Assembly: GCA_043816125.1 (NCBI GenBank)
Contig: JBDRIF010000045.1
Coordinates: 1-48,886, forward strand
Reading direction: 5' to 3'
DNA: 48,886 nucleotides
DNA from: a bacterium
Lineage (GTDB): Bacteria > Margulisbacteria > WOR-1 > O2-12-FULL-45-9
How positions within the stretch are numbered: the first letter of the stretch is position 1; each line of letters starts with the position of its first letter. This document shows, one piece after another, positions 39,458 to 47,973 of this stretch. A program made the translations under genes and the position numbers. The notes beneath the pieces are model-generated. The model had not been told where the DNA came from and ran no database searches. It was given only the letters and a program-made list of their open reading frames with translations.

Positions 39458-40245
39458 TGATATTCATCGGTTTACTAACAATGGGTGGGTTAGGGCTGTT
39501 CTTTGCGACGGTCCTGGCAATCGCCGCCGAAAAATTAAAAGTCGAAGAGGACCATCGGGTGGAACAAGTTAACGAGGCTCTGCCCGGTCTCAATTGCGGC
39601 GCCTGTGGTCAAGCCGGCTGTCACGATTTGGCAGAAAAAATAGTTGCCCAAGGAAATACCGATAATCTCAAGTGTCCCCCCGGTGGAGCTGAAGTTGAAG
39701 AAGCGATTGCCGAGGTGTTAGGGATTGCCGCTGGGGAGACGGTCAAGAGACGGGCGGTGATCAATTGTGGCGGAGGAAACGGGCTGGCTGACGATAAAGC
39801 CGATTATTCGGGGGTCAAAACTTGCGCAGCCGATGAATTAGTCGCCGGCGGGCATAAGCTTTGTAGTTTCGGTTGTTTGGGCCATGGTGATTGTGTTACT
39901 GTCTGTCCATTCGATGCGATATATATTGGAGAAAATGGGTTGCCGGTTGTTATTGAAGAAAAGTGTACTGCTTGTGGACTTTGTGTTGATGCCTGTCCGC
40001 GAAATATTATTGATCTGGTTTCTTGTTCTAATCGAACGGTTGTCGCCTGTAATTCTCATGATCGGGGCCCGACGGTGCGAAAAGCTTGCAAAGTCGGTTG
40101 CATCGGTTGTATGATCTGTGTGAAACAGTCTCCGGATGCTTATGTGGTTGAAAATCTTTTGGCTAAAAGGATTTATGACAAAGACGATTTGGCCGCTGAA
40201 GCAGGAATGATTAAATGCCTGACAAAATGTATCGTAAAACTATAG
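39457..40245 (+). CDS. rnfB: Rnf complex subunit B (Fe-S)
   Basis: 262 aa; N-terminal anchor, LPGLNCGACGQAGCHDLAEKIV, CSFGCLGHGDCVTVCP and CTACGLCVDACP ferredoxin motifs. Confidence 0.9.
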   Translation: MIFIGLLTMGGLGLFFATVLAIAAEKLKVEEDHRVEQVNEALPGLNCGACGQAGCHDLAEKIVAQGNTDNLKCPPGGAEVEEAIAEVLGIAAGETVKRRAVINCGGGNGLADDKADYSGVKTCAADELVAGGHKLCSFGCLGHGDCVTVCPFDAIYIGENGLPVVIEEKCTACGLCVDACPRNIIDLVSCSNRTVVACNSHDRGPTVRKACKVGCIGCMICVKQSPDAYVVENLLAKRIYDKDDLAAEAGMIKCLTKCIVKL

Positions 40246-40715
40246 TCTATTTCTTTTTGTTTTGCCTCCTCATTGGGGTGGCTTTTGCCATGAGTAAAGC
40301 TCCCAAACCTGCCACCGATATTTCCGATCTCGATTTTCTTCTCTACGACCTCAAAGGGGAGCCTCATTATCTTTCTGATCATAAGGGGAAGATTATCTTT
40401 CTGAATTTCTGGGCAACCTGGTGTCCGCCGTGCCGAGCCGAGATGCCGTCGATGCAAAAGCTGCAGAAGTATTGGAATCCCGAAAAATATGCGATGGTGG
40501 CTGTAAATGTAGGCGAAGATCCTGAGATAGTTAGGGCTTTTATGCAGGATAATAATTATACTTTTCCAGTATTGCTTGATACCACAAGAAAGATCGCCCG
40601 CAAATACCAGGTGACCGGGATCCCTGTCACTTTTATTATTAATGAGGAGGGGCAGATTGCGGCGCGGGAGGTTGGGGCTCGGGAGTGGACAAATGAATTA
40701 TTGGATAGCTTTTAG
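40215..40715 (+). CDS. TlpA/ResA-like periplasmic thiol-disulfide oxidoreductase
   Basis: 166 aa (alternative start ATG 40227, MYRKTIVYFFLFCLLIGVAFA). FLNFWATWCPPCRAEMP thioredoxin CxxC motif and GIPVTFII. Confidence 0.85.
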   Translation: MPDKMYRKTIVYFFLFCLLIGVAFAMSKAPKPATDISDLDFLLYDLKGEPHYLSDHKGKIIFLNFWATWCPPCRAEMPSMQKLQKYWNPEKYAMVAVNVGEDPEIVRAFMQDNNYTFPVLLDTTRKIARKYQVTGIPVTFIINEEGQIAAREVGAREWTNELLDSF

Positions 40716-41394
40716 CGCCGGCCTACTAACATTCTTTTCGCCTTGTTTTTTGCCGCTTGTCCCTGCTTATTTGATATATTTAACCGGCCTGTCGCTTGAA
40801 GAGATCAAAACTTCCCGGGTTACAACCGTTGTCCACTCTCTGCTTTTTATTCTTGGGTTTACGATCGTTTTTACTATTTTAGGGTTCGGAGCCAATCAAT
40901 TGGGTCGGTTCTTTGTTAATTCGTCGGCACTGTTCAGAATTGCAGGTGGATTCTTATTGATCTTTCTCGGCATCTACTTTTTGGGGATTCTAAAAATACC
41001 TTTTCTCGATCTGGAGAGAAAATTTGTTTTGACAAAACGGCCGAGCGGCTATCTCGGCTCAATCTTTATCGGGATGGTCTTTGCTTTGGGCTGGACCCCG
41101 TGTATCGGACCGATCTTGGCGACAATCTTAGTATTAGCCGCCAATAGCCAGACTGCATATTGGGGGGGCGCCTTATTGCTTACCTATTCATTAGGGATCG
41201 GATTACCGCTCCTGATAACGTCAATTGCGGTTAATTATTCTCTCGGTCTGATCAAAAAAATCCAAGAGTATTTTCCGTTGTTACATAAAGTAAGTGGTGG
41301 ATTGCTCATTTTTGTTGGCCTCTTGTTGATTTTTAATTACCTACAGGTATTAACTGTTTGGCTAATTCGGGTGACAGGGTATCAGGGGATCTAA
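40693..41394 (+). CDS. ccdA: cytochrome c biogenesis / thiol-disulfide transporter CcdA (DsbD family)
   Basis: ORF 40642..41394. Preferred start is ATG 40693 (MNYWIAFSAGLLTFFSPCFLPLVPAYL). Second conserved Cys in GWTPCIGPILATIL. Confidence 0.85.
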   Translation: MNYWIAFSAGLLTFFSPCFLPLVPAYLIYLTGLSLEEIKTSRVTTVVHSLLFILGFTIVFTILGFGANQLGRFFVNSSALFRIAGGFLLIFLGIYFLGILKIPFLDLERKFVLTKRPSGYLGSIFIGMVFALGWTPCIGPILATILVLAANSQTAYWGGALLLTYSLGIGLPLLITSIAVNYSLGLIKKIQEYFPLLHKVSGGLLIFVGLLLIFNYLQVLTVWLIRVTGYQGI

Positions 41395-41401
41395 CCACTT
41401 C

Positions 41402-41430
41402 TTGAATCGGGCCAAGGGATAGGGTACAAT
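41402..41430 (+). promoter_or_regulatory. sigma70-type promoter TTGAAT-N17-TACAAT, 7 nt upstream of the dnaB ATG (leaderless geometry)
   Basis: TTGAAT 41402..41407, 17-nt spacer, TACAAT 41425..41430, spacer aattaca, ATG 41438. No SD. Confidence 0.55.
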
Positions 41431-41437
41431 AATTACA

Positions 41438-42775
41438 ATGGTTGAGGCTAAAATACCCCCACAAGATCTGATAGCGGAACAATCTGTGATTGGTTCCATG
41501 CTCCTGGACAAGAACGCGATTGTCAAAGCGATTGAAATACTCCATTCCGACAGTTTTTATCGTGATGCCCACCGTTATATTTATGAGGCGATGCTGGATC
41601 TTTTTGACAAAGGGGAACCTGTCGATCTAATCACCCTGACCGATACTCTGCGTAAAGCGGGGAAGCTGGAGATGGTTGGCGGGACGATTTATATAACCGA
41701 TCTCCTTAATTCGGTCCCAACTTCTGCCAATATAGATCACTATGCCAAAATTGTCGAAGAAAAAGCTGTCTTACGCCGCTTAATTGACGCCGGCACAAAT
41801 ATTGTCAAAGATGCTTTTGCCGCGGCGCAGGATGTCGATCAAATCTTAGATGAAGCAGAAAAATCGATTTTTGGTATTGCCTTAAAACGGGTTAGGGAAG
41901 GATTTTGCAAAATTGATACTGTTATCAAAGGGGTATTAGATAAGATCGATACTCTTTACGAGCAAAAAGGGACGATGACCGGTTCCCCCTCGGGCTATCC
42001 TGATCTTGATCAGATGACCGGCGGTTTTCAACCGGCCGACTTAATCATTATTGCCGCCCGTCCTTCGGTCGGAAAAACCGCACTCGCCTTGAATATGGCT
42101 TTAAACCTGGCTATTAAGCATAAAGTCCCGGCCGCGATCTTCTCGCTGGAAATGAGCAAAGAACAATTGGCCCAAAGGATGCTCTGTTCCGAAGCCGAAG
42201 TAAATGCCCAACAATTAAAAACTGCCAGTCTCTCCGATGTCGGCTGGAAAAAGTTGACCAGAGCTTTAGGTCGTCTATCCGAAGCCCCAATATATATCGA
42301 TGATTCCGCTTCTATCACCGCAACCGAGATCAGGGCCAAAGCCCGACGGTTAAAGATCGAAAAAGGTTTGGGTTTAATAATTATTGATTATATGCAGTTG
42401 ATGCGCGGTCGAGCCAGAGTAGAGAACCGTGTTCAGGAGATATCTGAAATTGCCCGCTCATTAAAGACCTTAGCTAGGGAATTAGACGTCCCGGTCATTG
42501 CTTTGTCTCAGCTCTCACGTGCTGTTGAACAAAGAACCGACCGGATTCCGCGCCTCTCTGACTTGAGAGAATCTGGTGAAATCGAGCAGACAGCCGATCT
42601 GGTTATGTTTATCCATCGTGAAGGTTATTATAATCCGATGTCAGAAAGAGGAAATATTGCCGAGATCATTATTGCCAAACAACGTAACGGCCCGGTCGGA
42701 ACTATCGAATTAGTTTTTCGCAAAGAGCTAGCTAAATTCAGCAACAAGGAAAGTCGGTACGAACAGGTTGCCTAA
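41438..42775 (+). CDS. dnaB: replicative DNA helicase
   Basis: 445 aa; PPQDLIAEQSVIGSML N-terminus, Walker A AARPSVGKTALALN, IIIDYMQLM, SQLSRAVEQR. Normal length, so no intein. Confidence 0.93.
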   Translation: MVEAKIPPQDLIAEQSVIGSMLLDKNAIVKAIEILHSDSFYRDAHRYIYEAMLDLFDKGEPVDLITLTDTLRKAGKLEMVGGTIYITDLLNSVPTSANIDHYAKIVEEKAVLRRLIDAGTNIVKDAFAAAQDVDQILDEAEKSIFGIALKRVREGFCKIDTVIKGVLDKIDTLYEQKGTMTGSPSGYPDLDQMTGGFQPADLIIIAARPSVGKTALALNMALNLAIKHKVPAAIFSLEMSKEQLAQRMLCSEAEVNAQQLKTASLSDVGWKKLTRALGRLSEAPIYIDDSASITATEIRAKARRLKIEKGLGLIIIDYMQLMRGRARVENRVQEISEIARSLKTLARELDVPVIALSQLSRAVEQRTDRIPRLSDLRESGEIEQTADLVMFIHREGYYNPMSERGNIAEIIIAKQRNGPVGTIELVFRKELAKFSNKESRYEQVA

Positions 42776-44282
42776 ATTGGAATTTGATTATTGGAAATTG
42801 ATTGTTGTTTGGTTTTTGTTACTTGGTTATTGTATCTTACCTGCTAATGCTCAATCCCAGGATGTCACTATCAATGGCAATAATGTCACATATTCTCAAG
42901 ACGAAGAGCAGGTCGAGGCGACCGGTTCGGTTGAAGTTGTTTATCAGGAGACGAGGCTCGTCGGTGAACATGTTATCTATAATACTTCTGCTGAAAGTGT
43001 GTTAGCCGATCGGGGCTTCACTCTTCATCTGGAAGGTTATGACGTTTCCGGGCAGACTCTTGACTATGATATCAAGCAACAGTCCGGTCGGGCCAGTGAG
43101 GTCGATTTTCTCTTTGATCGAACTATCATTAGTGGCGAGAAAATTGAGCTTAACAAAAAATATGTAAAATTAAATAATGCCGGATTTACCACCTGTGATC
43201 TGGAGCATCCTCATTACCGGGTGACGGCCAATGAGATCATTCTTTATCCCAAAGATGGCTGGCTGGTAGCTTCTTGGGGGTTGGTTTGGATCGGAGGTTG
43301 GCCGGTTTTCCCTTTGCCGACATATATTTACGATGCGTCCGGCGCCAATTCTGAACGGCGCAATATTTTGCCTTTTCCCAAAATTGGGACTAACGACGAA
43401 GATGGAACTTATGTCAGCCAGGAATTAGCCTGGCATCTCTCACGGGAGCTTTCCGGCTCATATACGTTAAGTTATTTTCAGAAAAAAGGTTTTGGTGGAG
43501 GGATCAAGGCAAACTATCTTCTTGACGATGATAATCAAGGGGATTTTAGGCTATTTGCCAACCCGACCGATCAATATTATGGCGGCTTAACTCATACTTG
43601 GTCTTTTGGTGGAGAAATTGAAAAGAAATCGCTCCTCGGTTTTAATCTGTTTCCCAAGGTGAAGCAGTTTGATTTAGAAACTACTCTTTCCTATCACGAA
43701 TGGCAAAATTATGAACGGGTCAGTCTTTATCCTAAAATTCTGATCAGGGCCAATCAAGGGCCCCTTTTGGGTTCCAGCATTAAATATGATCTGACTGTCG
43801 GTGGGGCGATGATCTCCGAGGTGGGGACAGGCAAACTGGGGCAGGGACAGGGGGACCTAAAACTATATGGTGATCTAATTAAACATCCCCTCGCTTCGAT
43901 CGTCCCTTTTGTCGAGTTTGATAACCGCTATTATTCCGATGGGACACAATGGATCAGAAACTCCGGCGGGATAGGTGTCGAGCGGGCGCTGACCGATCAG
44001 CTTGTTGCCGGGATCGGATATGTTCATTATTTTACTACCGCGGGGACCAGCCCTTTTAATTTTGAATTATACAGATACAATCCTGCCGATAGATTGACCT
44101 CCAGTCTGCTTTATCGCTTTGATCACTCCGGTCTTTCAATCGATACCTCATATTTTCTGGACGATTGGTCCCCGGAGGATATAGATTATTCCGCGTTCCT
44201 CTCTCTACATTGTTATGATTTAATGCTAAAATATCGGTCGTTGCGTCGTGAATTTAATGTCGGCTTGAGTTTTGGAGGCTAA
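42768..44282 (+). CDS. LptD/OstA-family outer-membrane LPS-assembly protein (short form)
   Basis: 504 aa from a TTG. Signal/anchor segment, then OstA-like N-domain (VTINGNNVTYSQDEEQVEATGSVEVVYQETRLVGEHVIYN). FTTCDLEHPHYRV is typical of LptD. Beta-barrel-like C-terminus. Confidence 0.65.
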   Translation: MPKLEFDYWKLIVVWFLLLGYCILPANAQSQDVTINGNNVTYSQDEEQVEATGSVEVVYQETRLVGEHVIYNTSAESVLADRGFTLHLEGYDVSGQTLDYDIKQQSGRASEVDFLFDRTIISGEKIELNKKYVKLNNAGFTTCDLEHPHYRVTANEIILYPKDGWLVASWGLVWIGGWPVFPLPTYIYDASGANSERRNILPFPKIGTNDEDGTYVSQELAWHLSRELSGSYTLSYFQKKGFGGGIKANYLLDDDNQGDFRLFANPTDQYYGGLTHTWSFGGEIEKKSLLGFNLFPKVKQFDLETTLSYHEWQNYERVSLYPKILIRANQGPLLGSSIKYDLTVGGAMISEVGTGKLGQGQGDLKLYGDLIKHPLASIVPFVEFDNRYYSDGTQWIRNSGGIGVERALTDQLVAGIGYVHYFTTAGTSPFNFELYRYNPADRLTSSLLYRFDHSGLSIDTSYFLDDWSPEDIDYSAFLSLHCYDLMLKYRSLRREFNVGLSFGG

Positions 44283-44284
44283 AA

Positions 44285-44899
44285 GTGTTTATTACTTTTG
44301 AAGGTCCCGAAGGGTGCGGTAAGTCTACTCATGCCAAGAAGTTGAAAGGGTATCTGGGGGAGCTAGGACATCAAGTCCTGTTGACCAGAGAACCGGGGGG
44401 GACCCAAATTGGCAAGCAGATCAGGCAGATGCTTCTTCAGCCAGAAATTACTCTGGACGAAACAACGGAGATCTATCTCTTTGCCGCCGACCGGTCAGAA
44501 CATGTCTGCAAAATAATTAAACCTGCCTTAGCCGAGGGGAAAATTGTTATTTCCGATCGTTACACCGATTCTACTATTGCTTATCAGCTTGGTGGCCGTG
44601 ATCTCCCCGAAGATTTGGTTCGCTACGTGAACATGATCTCTTCCAAGGGGCTGATTCCCGATCTAACTATTTTATTTGATGTGACACCGGAGACTGGGAT
44701 AAAAAGAGCTGGTCAGGTTGGTGAAGCCGACCGTTTTGAAAAAGAAAAACTGGATTTTCATCATAAGGTCAGAAATAAATTTCTGCAGATTGCCAAGGCA
44801 AATCCTGATAGAATAAAAGTAATTAGCACCGAAGAAAAAACAATCGAGGCGGTACAAATTGAGGTTAGAGGAATAATTGATGAAAAGCTCGGAAATTAG
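44285..44899 (+). CDS. tmk: dTMP (thymidylate) kinase
   Basis: 204 aa, GTG start; FITFEGPEGCGKST P-loop, TREPGGT, DRYTDSTIAYQ. Confidence 0.9.
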   Translation: MFITFEGPEGCGKSTHAKKLKGYLGELGHQVLLTREPGGTQIGKQIRQMLLQPEITLDETTEIYLFAADRSEHVCKIIKPALAEGKIVISDRYTDSTIAYQLGGRDLPEDLVRYVNMISSKGLIPDLTILFDVTPETGIKRAGQVGEADRFEKEKLDFHHKVRNKFLQIAKANPDRIKVISTEEKTIEAVQIEVRGIIDEKLGN

Positions 44900-47582
44900 A
44901 AAAAAATTCATAAAGTATTTTGAGGGGAAGGGGCATAAGAGGCTCCCGGGTTCTTCCTTGGTCCCTACCGACCCGACGGTTCTCTTAACTTTGGCCGGGA
45001 TGCTGCAATTTAAGCCGATTTTCCTTGGTCAACAAAGCCCGGAAGATAAAAAAGTGACTACGGTGCAAAAATGTGTCCGGACAATCGATATTGAACAGGT
45101 CGGGCATACCCTGCGACATCATACTTTTTTTGAAATGCTCGGTAACTTTTCTTTTGGCGATTATTTTAAAGAAGGGGCGATCGAATATGCCTGGGAGTTT
45201 TTGACCGGGGTCTGTAAGCTTCCCAAAGAGAAATTATTGGCTGCTGTTTATGAAAAAGATGATGAAGCCTATGGTATTTGGGAGAATAAGATCGGCTTGC
45301 CCAAAGAGAGGATTTTGCGTCTTGATGAAGAAAACAATTTTTGGGCGGTCGGTCCGACCGGTCCGTGCGGTCCTTGTTCGGAGATCTATTACGATCTGGG
45401 CGAACGATTGGGTTGTGGCAAACCAAATTGTGCTCCCGGTTGTGATTGCGATCGCTTTTTAGAGGTCTGGAATCTGGTCTTTATTCAGTACAATCGCGAC
45501 TCCTCGGGGAAATTGATCGATCTTAAGACTAAAGGGATCGATACGGGGATGGGGCTGGAGCGATTGGCCGCTGTGATGCAAGGGGTCGATTCCAATTTTG
45601 AAACCGATCTCTTTATGCCACTGATCAACAAAGTTAAGATTATTGCGCAGCAAAAAGATCCGAATATTACTTCATTGCGAATTGTTGCCGATCATGCCCG
45701 GGCAATTACTCATCTAATCAGCGACGGGGTAGTACCGGGAAATGCCGGTCGAGAATATGTTTTGCGTCGTCTGATCCGCCGGGCGATCCGTCATGCACAG
45801 TTGATCGGAATCAAGCGCCCTTTTCTGACCGAGTTGACCGACGAAGTTGTGGCTGATATGAAGGAGGCCTATCCGAATCTCTGTGCCAGCGATAAACTTA
45901 TCAGTCAAATAGTCAAAATTGAAGAAGAGAACTTTTTGGCCACTCTGGAGCAGGGGTTGTCTCTGGTCCAATCGGAGATCGCCGCTCATGTTCAGGATAA
46001 AGTTATACCCGGGGCGATTGCTTTTAAATTACACGATACATTTGGTTTTCCGATTGACCTGACCAGAGAAATAGCTGCCGAAGCCGGTTTTCAGGTTGAT
46101 CAGGGCGGGTTTGAAATTGAGATGGAAAAACAAAAAGATCTGGCCAGAAAGGCCGGGATTCCCGCGCAAAAGAAACAGCGATTGGCGACCCTCAATTTAG
46201 AAGCTCTCAAAGCGACAAAGTTTGAAGGGTATAAGCAGGATGCATTGGAAACGAAGGTTCTGGCTCTCTTTCCGGCCGAAAAGTTGGTGGTGTTGGAGAA
46301 GACCCCATGTTACGGTGAAAGTGGCGGGCAGGTCGGCGACGCCGGTGTAATTCAATTACATAGTCAGGAGATTAAAATTCTTGATACCATAATCAGCCCC
46401 AAAGGGACTTTTTTGCATGAAGTTGAGGAAGTTGGTGGGTTAACTGTCAACGAAAAAGTTAAAGTTACGATTGATGAAAAGAAGAGGAGGGCGACAGAGG
46501 GGCATCATACTGCCACTCATCTTTTACACCAGGCGCTAAAAGAGGTTTTGGGGGGACATGTGAAACAGGCCGGTTCTTATGTCGGTCCCGACAAACTCCG
46601 TTTTGATTTTAGTCATTTTCAAGCGATGACAGCGGAAGAGATAATAAAAGTTGAAGAGATCGTTAATCAGAAGATTCATGAAAAACTCAAAGTTGATGTT
46701 CTGGAGAAATCTTATAAAGACGCTTTAAAAATGGGGGCAGTCGCCCTTTTTGGTGAAAAATATGGAGATAAGGTGCGGGTATTGAAAGTGGCTGATTATA
46801 GTCTGGAATTATGTGGTGGAACACACGTGAAATCAACTGCTGATATACATTTCTTTAAGATTGTATCCGAGGGGGCACTCGGTTCCGGAGTCCGCAGGAT
46901 CGAAGCTGTAGCCGGTGAGAGGGCCAAAACTTATGTTACATCTCTCTCTAAATCTTTATACGATGAAGCGACCGGGTTGTTAAAGAGATATAAACAGTTG
47001 GAAATGGAAAAAGAGTCATTGGGCGGGAAACGTTTTACCGAGACTAATATCTTCAAGATCGAGAATACGGAGATAATGGCAATTGAGAAGGCGGTTGACA
47101 AGCAGGACTCTGTTAATCTTAATAAATTTCTGGATCATCTGACCGGGCGGGTCGATTGGTTAAAAGAGAGAATATCTAAAACAGAAAAAGAGATCAATGG
47201 CCTCAAGCTAAAGGCGGCCAGCGGTGATGCTTCCGGTCTTGATGCCGAGATGAAGACCTTTGGCTCCGTTAATATTCTTTTGAAAGAGGTCCCCGGCTAT
47301 TCGATGGAGATGATGCGGGCGATGTCCGATGCGGTTCGTAACCGGGCCAAATCGTGTATCGTTGTTTTGGCGGCGCCGGGTCTGGGTCGGGTCCGCTTCT
47401 TGATCACTGTTACAGACGATCTGGTCGCCAAGGGACAGTCGGCGACTGCGGTGGCCGATGTTTTGGGACCGATCATTGGAGGAAAAGGGGGAGGTCGTGT
47501 TGAAAAAGTTGAGGGGGGTGGGACAGAGCCGAACAGGGTCCTGGAGGCATTTGCCGCAGTGATCGAGTCGATCCATGGGTAG
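44880..47582 (+). CDS. alaS: alanine--tRNA ligase
   Basis: ORF from TTG 44877; ATG at 44880 preferred. FFEMLGNFSFGDYFK, WNLVFIQYNR, editing-domain HTATHLLH and CGGTHV, C-terminal DHHA1 GGKGGG. Confidence 0.93.
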   Translation: MKSSEIRKKFIKYFEGKGHKRLPGSSLVPTDPTVLLTLAGMLQFKPIFLGQQSPEDKKVTTVQKCVRTIDIEQVGHTLRHHTFFEMLGNFSFGDYFKEGAIEYAWEFLTGVCKLPKEKLLAAVYEKDDEAYGIWENKIGLPKERILRLDEENNFWAVGPTGPCGPCSEIYYDLGERLGCGKPNCAPGCDCDRFLEVWNLVFIQYNRDSSGKLIDLKTKGIDTGMGLERLAAVMQGVDSNFETDLFMPLINKVKIIAQQKDPNITSLRIVADHARAITHLISDGVVPGNAGREYVLRRLIRRAIRHAQLIGIKRPFLTELTDEVVADMKEAYPNLCASDKLISQIVKIEEENFLATLEQGLSLVQSEIAAHVQDKVIPGAIAFKLHDTFGFPIDLTREIAAEAGFQVDQGGFEIEMEKQKDLARKAGIPAQKKQRLATLNLEALKATKFEGYKQDALETKVLALFPAEKLVVLEKTPCYGESGGQVGDAGVIQLHSQEIKILDTIISPKGTFLHEVEEVGGLTVNEKVKVTIDEKKRRATEGHHTATHLLHQALKEVLGGHVKQAGSYVGPDKLRFDFSHFQAMTAEEIIKVEEIVNQKIHEKLKVDVLEKSYKDALKMGAVALFGEKYGDKVRVLKVADYSLELCGGTHVKSTADIHFFKIVSEGALGSGVRRIEAVAGERAKTYVTSLSKSLYDEATGLLKRYKQLEMEKESLGGKRFTETNIFKIENTEIMAIEKAVDKQDSVNLNKFLDHLTGRVDWLKERISKTEKEINGLKLKAASGDASGLDAEMKTFGSVNILLKEVPGYSMEMMRAMSDAVRNRAKSCIVVLAAPGLGRVRFLITVTDDLVAKGQSATAVADVLGPIIGGKGGGRVEKVEGGGTEPNRVLEAFAAVIESIHG

Positions 47583-47973
47583 AATTTTAGCCTTAGATTA
47601 TGGTGAAAAAAGGATCGGAGTCGCGATTTCGGATTCCCTCGGTATTACCGGACAACCTGTTACAGTTATTTCTTCTTTAGACGAACTTACGCCTATCATT
47701 AATGAATATGAGAATGTCGAATTGATAGTTGTCGGTTTGCCAAAAAGTCTTTCCGGGGAAATTAAGTTGGCTGGGCAAAATGTTCTCTCTTTTGTCGAAG
47801 AGGTAAAGGCAAAATTTAATCTGCCTGTTAAGACGTGGGATGAAAGATTAACAACCGCTCAGGTAACTAAGACAATGATTGCTGCAGGTTTATCCAGGGC
47901 AAAACGTAAACAAGTTGTCGATAAATCAGCTGCTGCCTTGATTTTGCAAGGTTATTTGGATGCAAAGAAGTAA
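47575..47973 (+). CDS. ruvX: Holliday-junction resolvase-like / pre-16S rRNA nuclease YqgF
   Basis: 132 aa; ILALDYGEKRIGVAISD and WDERLTT motifs. ATGGGTAG overlap with the alaS stop. Confidence 0.88.
   Translation: MGRILALDYGEKRIGVAISDSLGITGQPVTVISSLDELTPIINEYENVELIVVGLPKSLSGEIKLAGQNVLSFVEEVKAKFNLPVKTWDERLTTAQVTKTMIAAGLSRAKRKQVVDKSAAALILQGYLDAKK

Noticed and set aside
41438-42775. Intein or other insertion in dnaB
   Set aside because: The protein is 445 aa with contiguous helicase motifs, a normal DnaB length.
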